From contig JAGVWP010000012.1 in assembly GCA_018304985.1 (NCBI GenBank), forward strand, positions 1-46,899: a stretch of 46,899 nt of DNA, in the 5' to 3' direction. The position numbers and the translations under genes were made by a program. This DNA comes from Candidatus Pacearchaeota archaeon. GTDB taxonomy: Archaea > Nanobdellota > Nanobdellia > Pacearchaeales > GW2011-AR1. Below the pieces are notes generated by a model, which saw only the letters and a program-made list of their open reading frames with translations, made no database searches and had not been told where the DNA came from. Of the stretch, positions 17,765-25,710 are shown one piece after another. Each line of letters starts with the position of its first letter. Positions within the stretch are counted from its first letter, which is position 1.

Positions 17765-17813
17765 AATAATGTTGGTTATTGCAAAGATTCAAATTTTAGA
17801 AATTTACTAAAGT

Positions 17814-18086
17814 TTATTCACTCGGCATATCAGGCAATTCTTCCTGCCTTTGCACGGGCATTGCCAATTGGCTTATCACAAAAACATCCCCAATAGACCT
17901 TACATAACTATGCGGAATTATAACCCCTCTTGCTCCACTGAAGATATTATTTGCCTTAACCCTTATTCTCCATCCTTCAATTTTATTATTGACTAAATTA
18001 ACCTCTTCAACTTCGCCGAAGAAATTACCCTCATCAGTAAATACCTTTTTTCCGATTATTTCACTTATCTTTTTTATTTTAAGCAT
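17814..18086 (-). CDS. PRC-barrel domain protein
   Basis: 90 aa. GKKVFTDEGNFFGEVEEVNLVNNKIEGWRI is typical of stand-alone PRC barrels. Confidence 0.6.
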   Translation of the reverse strand: MLKIKKISEIIGKKVFTDEGNFFGEVEEVNLVNNKIEGWRIRVKANNIFSGARGVIIPHSYVRSIGDVFVISQLAMPVQRQEELPDMPSE

Positions 18087-18178
18087 AAATTAATTTAAAG
18101 GGGTGCTATTTATATACTTTTCTATAGTTCAGCAAATAAAACAGGAAAAAGGTTGCTGGATGCACGAAAAAGGAGAGG

Positions 18179-18300
18179 TCATAAAGAAAAACCTTGAATA
18201 AAAGGGGATGTCATAAGAAAAACCTTGGCACTTAAAAGGAAAGTTTAATAAAGAAAACCTTGGCACTTAAAAGGAAAGTTTAATAAAGAAAACCTTGGTT
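18179..18300 (+). repeat. Tandem repeat directly upstream of the 18309 ATG
   Basis: Perfect 35-bp unit aaccttggcacttaaaaggaaagtttaataaagaa at 18221-18255 and 18256-18290, with partial copies on both sides. A related motif lies at 19699-19726. Confidence 0.8.
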
Positions 18301-18308
18301 GTCTTTAT

Positions 18309-18965
18309 ATGTTTACACAAAAAGAGATAGGGCATATACTTCTTGCCCTTATAGTGCTTGGATTTTCTATCAGTCTTGCAGGAATTATAAAGAACGGGAT
18401 TGATTATTTAGCTATTTTAACCGGTTTCCTGCTTATCCTAATAGTTATGCTTGTAAATATTCTGGCCAAAAAAGCAACTGCTTATTATTATGAAGCAAAA
18501 ATAGAGCATAATATCTGGATGTGGGAAAGGTTTGGATTTAAAAGAGAAGAAAGATTTTCAAAGCCAATGCCTGCAGGAATAATTGTCCCGGTTATTTTCT
18601 CAATAACCTCGTATGGAAAAGCATTTTGGCTGGCAGCACTAGAATTTGACGTTTATACAACTAGTGCCAGAGCTTCAAAAAGGCATGGGGAACATAGGTA
18701 TACTGAGATGACAGAAATCCATATAGGCTTAATTGCAGCAGCAGGCATTATTGCTAATTTAATTGCAGGCATTATTGGATATCTAGTAGGATTTCCAGAA
18801 TTCTCAAAACTAAATATTTATTATGCAATTTATTCAATGATCCCGTTTGGAAACCTTGACGGCAGCAAAATCTTCTTTGGAAGCCGCCTTGTATGGTATA
18901 CTTTAGGAATAATATGCTTGATTTTCTTAAGTTATACTTTTGCTTTCCATCAAGGAATAATGTAA
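18309..18965 (+). CDS. M50 (site-2 protease)-like membrane protein with a degenerate HExxH
   Basis: KEIGH stands where HExxH is expected in TM1. C-terminal PFGNLDGSKIF resembles the S2P NxxPxxxLDG motif. Confidence 0.5.
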   Translation: MFTQKEIGHILLALIVLGFSISLAGIIKNGIDYLAILTGFLLILIVMLVNILAKKATAYYYEAKIEHNIWMWERFGFKREERFSKPMPAGIIVPVIFSITSYGKAFWLAALEFDVYTTSARASKRHGEHRYTEMTEIHIGLIAAAGIIANLIAGIIGYLVGFPEFSKLNIYYAIYSMIPFGNLDGSKIFFGSRLVWYTLGIICLIFLSYTFAFHQGIM

Positions 18966-18994
18966 TAAAAAAGAAAAGAAGAAAGAGAAAAAAT
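18964..18994 (-). terminator. Conserved pyrimidine-rich tract (minus strand) downstream of a minus-strand gene
   Basis: The minus strand reads tttttctctttcttcttttctttttt. Near-identical tracts lie at 23041-23066 and 23951-23976. Confidence 0.4.
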
Positions 18995-19017
18995 AGATTA
19001 AAAATTAAAATAAGTAA

Positions 19018-19527
19018 TTATACACAAGGAGTTTCTTTTCTAAATATCTCTCCAAAATTATTTATGCATGCATAAGCATCATCCTGATCATAAGGAAAAG
19101 CACCATCACTTCCTTTTAATGAAGAAACAGATATATTACCTTTATCTACATGAAGTCCGTCATAAAAATTTGTTTTTGCATCTACCTGCAATCTCCCTAT
19201 TCCTCCATAAGTATAAGATATATCAATCACCGGCCTATATGTTCCCTCAAAGGCAGGATATCCCCCTATACGAATAGAAGAGGGCTCAACAATTAATAAT
19301 CCATTACTAACATTTAATGTATTATATACTTCAACTGAATTACTTTTTAAATTTGTAAATTTAGCATCAATCTCTGCCTTAGTATAAACTTCTTGTGCAA
19401 GCGGCCCATATCCTCTAGCCGCCTTAAATCCTATAACATTCCCAGTTATATTAGCCGTAATCAAACTCGCAGCAACTGCAACAACAAGAACAACAGCAAT
19501 AATTACCATCCATTCTTTATTTTTCAT
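19018..19527 (-). CDS. Secreted or anchored protein, hypothetical (full-length paralog)
   Basis: Signal anchor MKNKEWMVIIAVVLVVAVAASLITANITGNV. GGAGG-like box 17 nt upstream of the ATG. Confidence 0.6.
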   Translation of the reverse strand: MKNKEWMVIIAVVLVVAVAASLITANITGNVIGFKAARGYGPLAQEVYTKAEIDAKFTNLKSNSVEVYNTLNVSNGLLIVEPSSIRIGGYPAFEGTYRPVIDISYTYGGIGRLQVDAKTNFYDGLHVDKGNISVSSLKGSDGAFPYDQDDAYACINNFGEIFRKETPCV

Positions 19528-19562
19528 ATTATCTAAATTTTAAAACCTCCTTTCAATTACAC

Positions 19563-19626
19563 TAATTATAAAATTAATAAAGAAAAATGATATATATATT
19601 TCGGTCTTAAAAATTGCATGAAATTA
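19563..19626. repeat. Conserved 5' flank (promoter-like, TATA-rich) shared with 24362-24425
   Basis: The 64-nt taattataaaattaataaagaaaaatgatatatatatttcggtcttaaaaattgcatgaaatta has about 5 mismatches to the second copy. Confidence 0.7.
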
Positions 19627-19654
19627 GAACTTTACTCTATAACTAACTGCGAAA

Positions 19655-19690
19655 AAGCTAATAAATCATTTTAAATTTCTCCTAATAAAA
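19655..19690 (+). repeat. Intergenic composite repeat, degenerate fragment (U module plus left hairpin arm)
   Basis: aagctaataaatcattttaaatttctcc. The right hairpin arm is missing. Confidence 0.4.
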
Positions 19691-19872
19691 GAAAAACTCA
19701 TAAAGAAAACCTTTGGTTGTCTTTATTATTTAGTTTTGTGATGATTCAAACATATATTGAAATGCCATAATACTTTTCTCCACTTTATCAGCTAAAAATA
19801 GTAGACTCCTTAAGTTAATTGGTAAATTAATTTTATCTAAAATCTTATATATACGCATTAATTTCAAGCTTA

Positions 19873-22800
19873 ATGGAAAAAATCTTAAAATTTCTCTTAA
19901 ATATCTCTCCAAGAGACTATCAAAAAGAAATTGTGAAAAAATGCATTGAAAAAAATTGTCTTGTTGTTCTTCCAACAGGAATTGGTAAAACTCTCATCGC
20001 TTTAATGCTGGCAATAAGCAGAATGCAAAGCCATCCTACTGAAAAAATTCTTTTCCTCGCTCCTACAAGGCCACTAGCCCAACAGCATTTTACATATTTC
20101 CAAGAACATCTTCCAGAATTATTTGCTCAAATGGATTTGTTCACAGGAAAAATAGAGGCAAATAAAAGAAAGGGTTTATGGGAAAGAGCAGATATTGTTT
20201 TTTCAACACCCCAATGCATTGGCGGGGAAACGAGTATTTTTACAGAAGATGGTCCAATCAAAATCAAAGACTTTTTTGAGCAATTTAACTTTAAACAAAA
20301 AAATCCCAATAAAAAATTATATACTGCAGAAATAAGCAAAAAAGTTTTGGGATATAAAAATAAAAAAATTAGTTTTGTAAATGCTACAAAAGCTATTAAA
20401 TTAGAAGTTGATAAAACACTTAAAATAAACACTGAAATTGGAAATTTCTTAGAGTGTACTCCAGAACATCCACTATTAACAATAGACTCTTTCGGAAACA
20501 TTATATGGAAAAAAGCTGAAAATTTAAGGCAAGGAGATTACATAGCAAGTATAAAAGAAATAAGTATGGAAGAAGAAGAAATTGATATATGGAAATTAAT
20601 AGAAAACTCGAAGTTAAAAGTATCAAATAAAGAAGATACACTAAACGTTTTACATTATTTAAAACTAAAAAATAATGTTCTCAAACTTCCTTTAAAAGAT
20701 TATTCAAGATTTAAATATAATCTTATCCCAACAAAGATATTTTTTGATTTAACAAAAAAATTAAATCTTCCTTATCCTAAAAATATGGAGTTTAGTGATT
20801 GGACAGGAAAAAGTAAGCCGATAACCCTGCCAAGATATCTTAATAGAGATTTAAGTTATGTGATTGGAGCGATGTTGGGAGATGGGCATTTAGGAAATAG
20901 AAAAGGGCATGGTTGTGAGGTGGTTTTTTCAGACCTAGACCGCGAGGAAATTTCTGCTGAATTTAAAAAAGTAATCTTAAATCTATTTGGAGAAGATATG
21001 AAAAAAGACATTAAGAAAGGATTAGTCTCTTATAACTCTGCTCTTTCAGAAGTATTTTTAAATTTAGGGGTTCCGAGAGGCAGAAAAGCATCAAGAATAA
21101 GGGTTCCTAAATTTATATTTTTCAGCCCAATTGAGTGTGTTGCAGGATTTATAAAGGGAATTTTTGATACAGATGGAAATGCTGGGAAGTATTCCGTTAG
21201 TATTTCAAGTGTTAGTAAAGATTTCATAACAGACTTAAAATGGCTTTTTTTAAAAATAGGGATTTTAGGCAATATCTCAAAAAGAAAAAATTTAGGAAGT
21301 ATAGGTAAAAGAAAAATTAAAGAATCGATAATATATACTTTTAGATTTTCTGGCCGAAGGCAACTCGAAAAATTTCTAGAAATTTGCAATCCAGATTACT
21401 CAAAATGCCGAAAATTGATAGAAAGTATTAAAAATACAAAAAGACCTTTTACAAGATCTAAAGAAATATTGCCAATTAAAGGGTTGCTTAATAAAGTTTA
21501 CCTTAATAATCAAGGTAAATTTGCAAGATACTTGATTTCCTACTTATCCGGAGAAAATTTACAAAAAATAAGTTTATTATCAAAAGGAAAAGAGGCTGAA
21601 AAACTTAAAGAACTCCTATCAAATTCGATAAGATGGACAAAGATAAAAAAAATAGAAGAATCAAAAGAAAAAATGATAGTGTATGATTTTACAATAGAAA
21701 AAGAACATAATTTTATAACTAATTATATAATAAGCCATAACTGCATTGCAAATGATGTAAAAGAAAAATTATATAATTTATCTCAGGTTTCTCTGTTAAT
21801 AGAAGACGAAGCTCATAGATGCGTTAAAAATTATTCATATACTTATGTTGCAAAAAAATACCTAGAACAAAAAGAAAATAACAAGGAAAACACCCGTATT
21901 CTTGGCCTCACAGCCTCTCCAGGAACTAATAAAGAGGCAATTAAAACAATTTGTAAAAACTTATCCATTGAAGAAGTTGAAATTCGAACTAGAGAGAGCG
22001 AAGATGTGAAAGAATATCTTCAAGAGCTGGAAATCAAGGTAATAAAGTTGGAATTCCCAAAAGAATTTGCTGAAATTCGCAATTTGCTTAAGAAAATTTA
22101 TGATAAAAAAACAGAAGAGCTGAAAAGCAGGCATTTGCTATTCGGACCAATTAACAAAGTAACCCTTCTCGAAGCACAAGGAAAAATAATGCGTTCACTT
22201 GCAACAGGTAATAAAAACTTTAATTTATTTGCAGGAGCTTCTGCAGCAGCACAGGCATTAAAAGTTCAGCATGCTCTGGAATTAATAGAAACACAAACAC
22301 TTTATGCCTTGGATAACTATTTCCAGACTTTATTTGAACAGGCTAGAAAAGAGCAGAGCAAAGCTGTTAAAAATCTTGTTGCAAATGCGGAATTTAATAA
22401 TGCTTACATACAAACAAAAAATCTTATTTCTCAAAATTTAGAACATCCAAAACTGCTTCAGTTAAAAGACCTTATTGAAAATAAAGTTGCTGAAAACCCT
22501 AAAGCAAAAATAATTGTTTTCTCGCAATACAGGGACAGCGTTACAAAAATCTGCAGAGAATTAAATTCTTTAAATAATGTTACTGCAAAGGTTTTTGTTG
22601 GCCAGGCAAAAAAAACTTTAAGTAATAAACCTGATAATAAAGAAAATACAACAGGATTAAGCCAAAAAGAACAGCAGCAAATAATTCAGGAATTTTCAAG
22701 AGGAGAATTTAATGTTCTTTGCGCAACATCAATTGCAGAAGAGGGTTTGGATATTCCAGAAGTGAATGCAGTTATTTTCTACGAGCCAGTTCCGAGCGCA

Positions 22801-23025
22801 ATTCGTAAAATACAGCGAGCAGGCAGAACAGCAAGGTTAATGCCAGGAGAGGTTATAATGCTTGTTACAAAAGCTACAAGAGACGAATCCTATTACTGGG
22901 CAGCTCATCACAAGGAAAAAAGCATGCACAAAGCCATATCTGCAATAAAGCAGGATTTAGAAAACGAAAAACTAAATTTTACAATTAATGAAAATGAGGA
23001 AACTGAACAGAAGAAGTTATTTTAA
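19873..23025 (+). CDS. hef: Hef/FANCM-type SF2 helicase (helicase part only), interrupted by an intein
   Basis: Motif I LPTGIGKT, Ia LAPTRPLAQQ, TPQ, DEAH (IEDEAHR), TASPG, QRAGRTAR. N-extein 19873-20214, C-extein 21742-23025, together 541 aa. Confidence 0.85.
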   Translation: MEKILKFLLNISPRDYQKEIVKKCIEKNCLVVLPTGIGKTLIALMLAISRMQSHPTEKILFLAPTRPLAQQHFTYFQEHLPELFAQMDLFTGKIEANKRKGLWERADIVFSTPQCIGGETSIFTEDGPIKIKDFFEQFNFKQKNPNKKLYTAEISKKVLGYKNKKISFVNATKAIKLEVDKTLKINTEIGNFLECTPEHPLLTIDSFGNIIWKKAENLRQGDYIASIKEISMEEEEIDIWKLIENSKLKVSNKEDTLNVLHYLKLKNNVLKLPLKDYSRFKYNLIPTKIFFDLTKKLNLPYPKNMEFSDWTGKSKPITLPRYLNRDLSYVIGAMLGDGHLGNRKGHGCEVVFSDLDREEISAEFKKVILNLFGEDMKKDIKKGLVSYNSALSEVFLNLGVPRGRKASRIRVPKFIFFSPIECVAGFIKGIFDTDGNAGKYSVSISSVSKDFITDLKWLFLKIGILGNISKRKNLGSIGKRKIKESIIYTFRFSGRRQLEKFLEICNPDYSKCRKLIESIKNTKRPFTRSKEILPIKGLLNKVYLNNQGKFARYLISYLSGENLQKISLLSKGKEAEKLKELLSNSIRWTKIKKIEESKEKMIVYDFTIEKEHNFITNYIISHNCIANDVKEKLYNLSQVSLLIEDEAHRCVKNYSYTYVAKKYLEQKENNKENTRILGLTASPGTNKEAIKTICKNLSIEEVEIRTRESEDVKEYLQELEIKVIKLEFPKEFAEIRNLLKKIYDKKTEELKSRHLLFGPINKVTLLEAQGKIMRSLATGNKNFNLFAGASAAAQALKVQHALELIETQTLYALDNYFQTLFEQARKEQSKAVKNLVANAEFNNAYIQTKNLISQNLEHPKLLQLKDLIENKVAENPKAKIIVFSQYRDSVTKICRELNSLNNVTAKVFVGQAKKTLSNKPDNKENTTGLSQKEQQQIIQEFSRGEFNVLCATSIAEEGLDIPEVNAVIFYEPVPSAIRKIQRAGRTARLMPGEVIMLVTKATRDESYYWAAHHKEKSMHKAISAIKQDLENEKLNFTINENEETEQKKLF
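20215..21741 (+). mobile_element. Intein (509 aa) with a LAGLIDADG homing endonuclease domain
   Basis: Starts Cys (STPQ|CIGGETSIF) and ends SHN, followed by +1 Cys (CIANDV). Block B TPEHPLL. LAGLIDADG motifs LSYVIGAMLGDGHLG and VAGFIKGIFDTDGNAG. Confidence 0.85.
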
Positions 23026-23066
23026 ACGATAAAAAACAAAATAAAAAAGAAGAAAGAGAAAATAAT
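22976..23066 (+). repeat. Direct repeat copy 1: hef 3' end plus the A/G-rich spacer
   Basis: ctgaacagaagaagttattttaa...ataaaaaagaagaaagagaaaataat recurs at 23892-23976. Confidence 0.8.
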
Positions 23067-23072
23067 CGCTTA

Positions 23073-23450
23073 TTAATTATTATAGGAGGAGTATTCTATT
23101 AACGGGCTAACATATCTATTTTTTTGAATGGGGGGTAATTGCTGATATATTTGCTTATCTTCTGAATAAAGAATTATTGCAATAAACCAGTTATTTCTAT
23201 AATCTGCCTGCACCAGCTCTACCTTCTTTAATTTTTTAAAAAAATTTTTATCTACATCATTATTTAATACACTTAAAAATTTGCTGACATCAAATATCTC
23301 TAAACCGACAATTTCTCCATTTTTTCCCAAATCAATATTTAAATACTCATTAAATTCTATTGACTCTTTAATAGGTTTATTAAAATCAAAGATGCTTAAA
23401 ACGTCGCTAATACCATCATATTCAAAATCAAATCTAATATATTTATTCAT
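23073..23450 (-). CDS. DUF2283-like protein, putative antitoxin
   Basis: YDGISDVLSIFDF...GEIVGLEIFDVSKFL matches the DUF2283 pattern. 4-nt overlap with the upstream gene. Confidence 0.55.
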   Translation of the reverse strand: MNKYIRFDFEYDGISDVLSIFDFNKPIKESIEFNEYLNIDLGKNGEIVGLEIFDVSKFLSVLNNDVDKNFFKKLKKVELVQADYRNNWFIAIILYSEDKQIYQQLPPIQKNRYVSPLIEYSSYNN

Positions 23451-23794
23451 TCTTTTACTAAATTATTTTTGTTTATAAACCTTTTGAAGTATTTTTTAAG
23501 AGTTTTTCTTCCTAAAGGAAATGCTGTTATTATTCTTATCTTGTCCCTGAATGTTAATACATAAGCTCTTCCATGATTTTTGTTATATATGAAATAAAGG
23601 GTGTACCTAATCTCTCCATCAACTTTCTTTTTATGAGTATAACCTAATCTTTTACATTCATTTAATTCATCTTCTACTTCTTTTATAGACAGGCTAATTC
23701 TATGGGACAAATATCTTTCAGACTTGCCGAATTCAAAGCCCTTATTTTTATATTCTTTTATTTTCTCTTTTACTTCCATGGAATAATTTTCCAT
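23447..23794 (-). CDS. DUF4258/BrnT-like small protein, putative toxin
   Basis: 115 aa. The C-terminal beta-rich RYTLYFIYNKNHGRAYVLTFRDKIRIITAFP resembles RelE/BrnT-fold toxins. Paired with a DUF2283-like gene. Confidence 0.4.
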   Translation of the reverse strand: MENYSMEVKEKIKEYKNKGFEFGKSERYLSHRISLSIKEVEDELNECKRLGYTHKKKVDGEIRYTLYFIYNKNHGRAYVLTFRDKIRIITAFPLGRKTLKKYFKRFINKNNLVKE

Positions 23795-23891
23795 TAAAGG
23801 AGGTAATAGTTCCTTATTAATAAAATTATCTAAATAATTTCGGTTAGTTGCTATAAAAAGAAAAAATAACCTTTACAAATAAAAAGCTGAA

Positions 23892-23976
23892 TTTTACAAC
23901 TAATGAAGATGCTGAACAGAAGAAGTTATTTTAATCTGAAAAAAAGAAAAATAAAAAAGAAGAAAGAGAAAATAAT
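23892..23976 (+). repeat. Direct repeat copy 2: relic of the hef 3' end plus the spacer
   Basis: Translates FTTNEDAEQKKLF*, compared with the hef C-terminus FTINENEETEQKKLF*. Confidence 0.8.
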
Positions 23977-23993
23977 AATTAATTAAACTAAAA

Positions 23994-24350
23994 TTAAGGA
24001 GAACAACAAATATACTCTACTCCCTCATATTCATTTGGACTTTTATGACCTACGTTCGTATCACAAGTAACCAATTCTATATGTTGAGGTTTAGAGTTAT
24101 CCTCAAGAGTCGTTATCTTTAAACCAAATAGACATCTACGACTACCATCAATATGAGAATTGCATATTTCATCACCATTAAAACCATCATTATCATCAGG
24201 AAAACTATTAGATCCATAGAATGGTGAGCGAACACACTTATTTAACATATTCAAAACATCATTTGTATTAGCTACTTGAACCTGTCTTCCAAATCCCTGC
24301 CTTATAACAACATTTCCAGTAATATTAGCAGTTATCAGCGAAACAGCCAC
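23994..24350 (-). pseudogene. 5'-truncated paralog of 19018..19527 with an unrelated Cys-rich C-terminal part
   Basis: Shares SLITANITGNV and the 5' flank with the paralog. An ~80-nt deletion removes the ATG, the GGAGG box and most of the signal anchor. Only a GTG start remains. Confidence 0.5.
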
Positions 24351-24361
24351 TGCAACATTCT

Positions 24362-24425
24362 TAATTATAAAATCAATAAGGAAAAATGATATATATATTT
24401 CGGTTTTAAAAATTACATGAAATTA
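24362..24425. repeat. Second copy of the conserved promoter-like 5' flank
   Basis: See 19563-19626. Confidence 0.7.
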
Positions 24426-24486
24426 TTTAAAGTTCTCTTTAAAGGTTTACCGAAATCTTTAAATAAGTGAGCTCACTTACTAGAGC

Positions 24487-24717
24487 ATGACAAATATAAC
24501 CCTTTCAATAGAAGATGAAGTATATAAAAAAATGAGAAAGTATTCTGAAATAAAGTGGAGCGAGTTTGTAAGAAAAATTATACAAAAACGGATAGAAGAG
24601 CTGGAAAGCTTGGATAAAAATCCGGATAAGGAAGGAATTTTAACAATGCTTGCTTCTGAAAAAGTATTAAAAAAGGATTGGGATAATGAATTAGACGAGA
24701 GGTGGAACAATGTATAA
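24487..24717 (+). CDS. Antitoxin, partner of a MazF/PemK-like toxin
   Basis: 76 aa and acidic. Overlaps the toxin gene by 8 nt. Confidence 0.55.
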   Translation: MTNITLSIEDEVYKKMRKYSEIKWSEFVRKIIQKRIEELESLDKNPDKEGILTMLASEKVLKKDWDNELDERWNNV

Positions 24718-25042
24718 TCAAATGGACATAGTGCTTATTCCTTTTCCATATTCTAACTTAACTGGCTCTAAAAGAAGGCCTGCAATTATAATATCCAATG
24801 AAAAATTAAATAAAATGCAAGACAGAATTTGCTGCCTTGTAACAACCAAAGCGCATAAAGATGATTTAGAAATAACAAAAAACTCATTTGTTTCAGGAAG
24901 CCTGCCTTTCAAAAGTTTTGTAAAACCCCATAGGATATTTACAATTAATGAAGAAATAGTAATAAAGAAACTCTGTACAATTTCCAGCGATTTTCATGAT
25001 AAGATAATAGCAAGATTAAATGATTATGTTAAAAGAAATTAA
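24710..25042 (+). CDS. MazF/PemK-family toxin
   Basis: DIVLIPFPYSNLTGSKRRPAIIIS matches the PemK signature. Confidence 0.7.
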   Translation: MYNQMDIVLIPFPYSNLTGSKRRPAIIISNEKLNKMQDRICCLVTTKAHKDDLEITKNSFVSGSLPFKSFVKPHRIFTINEEIVIKKLCTISSDFHDKIIARLNDYVKRN

Positions 25043-25046
25043 TACT

Positions 25047-25391
25047 TTAAGCAACAACTTTTCTCTTAGGAATAATTATCTCATCAAAAAGCTCTATCAT
25101 TTTTTTAACAAATGGATTTGCTAAATTTAACCTGTATAACTGGGCATTTCCTATCTGTCTTGTAAATACAATTATTTTCGCTTTCAGCAGATCACCCCAT
25201 ATTCTGAATAAAGTAGTTCTTCCTATTTCAGCCCCTTCGGCAATATCAGAAATACTGTAATCTAATTCTCTTCCTTCAATAAGAAATTCCAGCACGCTTA
25301 TTTTCGGGGTGTCTCCTAATGCTTTCCTGAATAAAGTCTCCATAATTAAATTAAATTCAATGAACTTATAAATGTTTCTATTTTGAAACAC
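25047..25391 (-). CDS. Winged-helix transcriptional regulator
   Basis: DYSISDIAEGAEIGRTTLFRIWGDLLKAKIIVFTRQIGNAQLYRLN. Confidence 0.6.
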   Translation of the reverse strand: MFQNRNIYKFIEFNLIMETLFRKALGDTPKISVLEFLIEGRELDYSISDIAEGAEIGRTTLFRIWGDLLKAKIIVFTRQIGNAQLYRLNLANPFVKKMIELFDEIIIPKRKVVA

Positions 25392-25447
25392 TAGTGTTCC
25401 ATATTTAAAATAAAAACAATTAAATAAGAAAAAATATTAAAATAATT

Positions 25448-25697
25448 ATGGATTTGCAAAAAGCCATTATGAAAAGATTTCTTAGAAAACTGGTCAATTT
25501 GAATATTTGGGGGTGGAAGGCATACTGAAATAAGAAACTTGCAAAAATCACTTCCAGCGCATCTTAGAGGAACTAAAGAAATGAAACTTGCTATAAAAGA
25601 ACTAATTAATAGAGAATTTTTGTTAATAAAAATGTCAACAGGAGAAAAGCATGTCTCTCTTAATAGCCATAAACAGCAGGAAATATACAATTTTTAA
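25448..25697 (+). pseudogene. Small helical or winged-helix-like protein split by a frameshift at a G5 run
   Basis: Frame A gives MDLQKAIMKRFLRKLVNLNIWGWKAY*. From 25509 the next frame gives GGGRHTEIRNLQKSLPAHLRGTKEMKLAIKELINREFLLIKMSTGEKHVSLNSHKQQEIYNF*. The G5 run is at 25509-25513. Confidence 0.4.
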
Positions 25698-25710
25698 TAC
25701 CGAAGATGAA

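Noticed and set aside
18179-18300. The tandem 35-bp repeats considered as a replication origin (ORB-like iterons)
   Set aside because: There is no orc1/cdc6 gene nearby. The units do not resemble the ORB or mini-ORB consensus as I remember it, and the array abuts a start codon. It is kept only as a possible regulatory or variable repeat.
19545-19551. GGAGG boxes (19545-19551 minus strand, 42254-42260 plus strand) as Shine-Dalgarno sites
   Set aside because: The spacing to the start codons is 16-17 nt, longer than typical, and most genes here lack such boxes. They are not reported as features.
19730-19975. 81-aa minus-strand ORF across the hef start region
   Set aside because: It overlaps the hef start and promoter region and has low-complexity L/F/S-rich sequence with no recognisable motif. 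It is probably spurious.
20127-21389. Minus-strand ORFs 20127-20501 and 21030-21389 inside the intein
   Set aside because: They are antisense to a continuous reading frame containing motifs (intein blocks, LAGLIDADG). These are typical AT-rich shadow ORFs.
25391-25690. 99-aa minus-strand ORF from the track
   Set aside because: Its composition is atypical for this genome's proteins (MYISCCLWLLRETCF..., rich in C/F/L/S). It is antisense to a more protein-like plus-strand reading (25448-25697) and is probably a shadow ORF.
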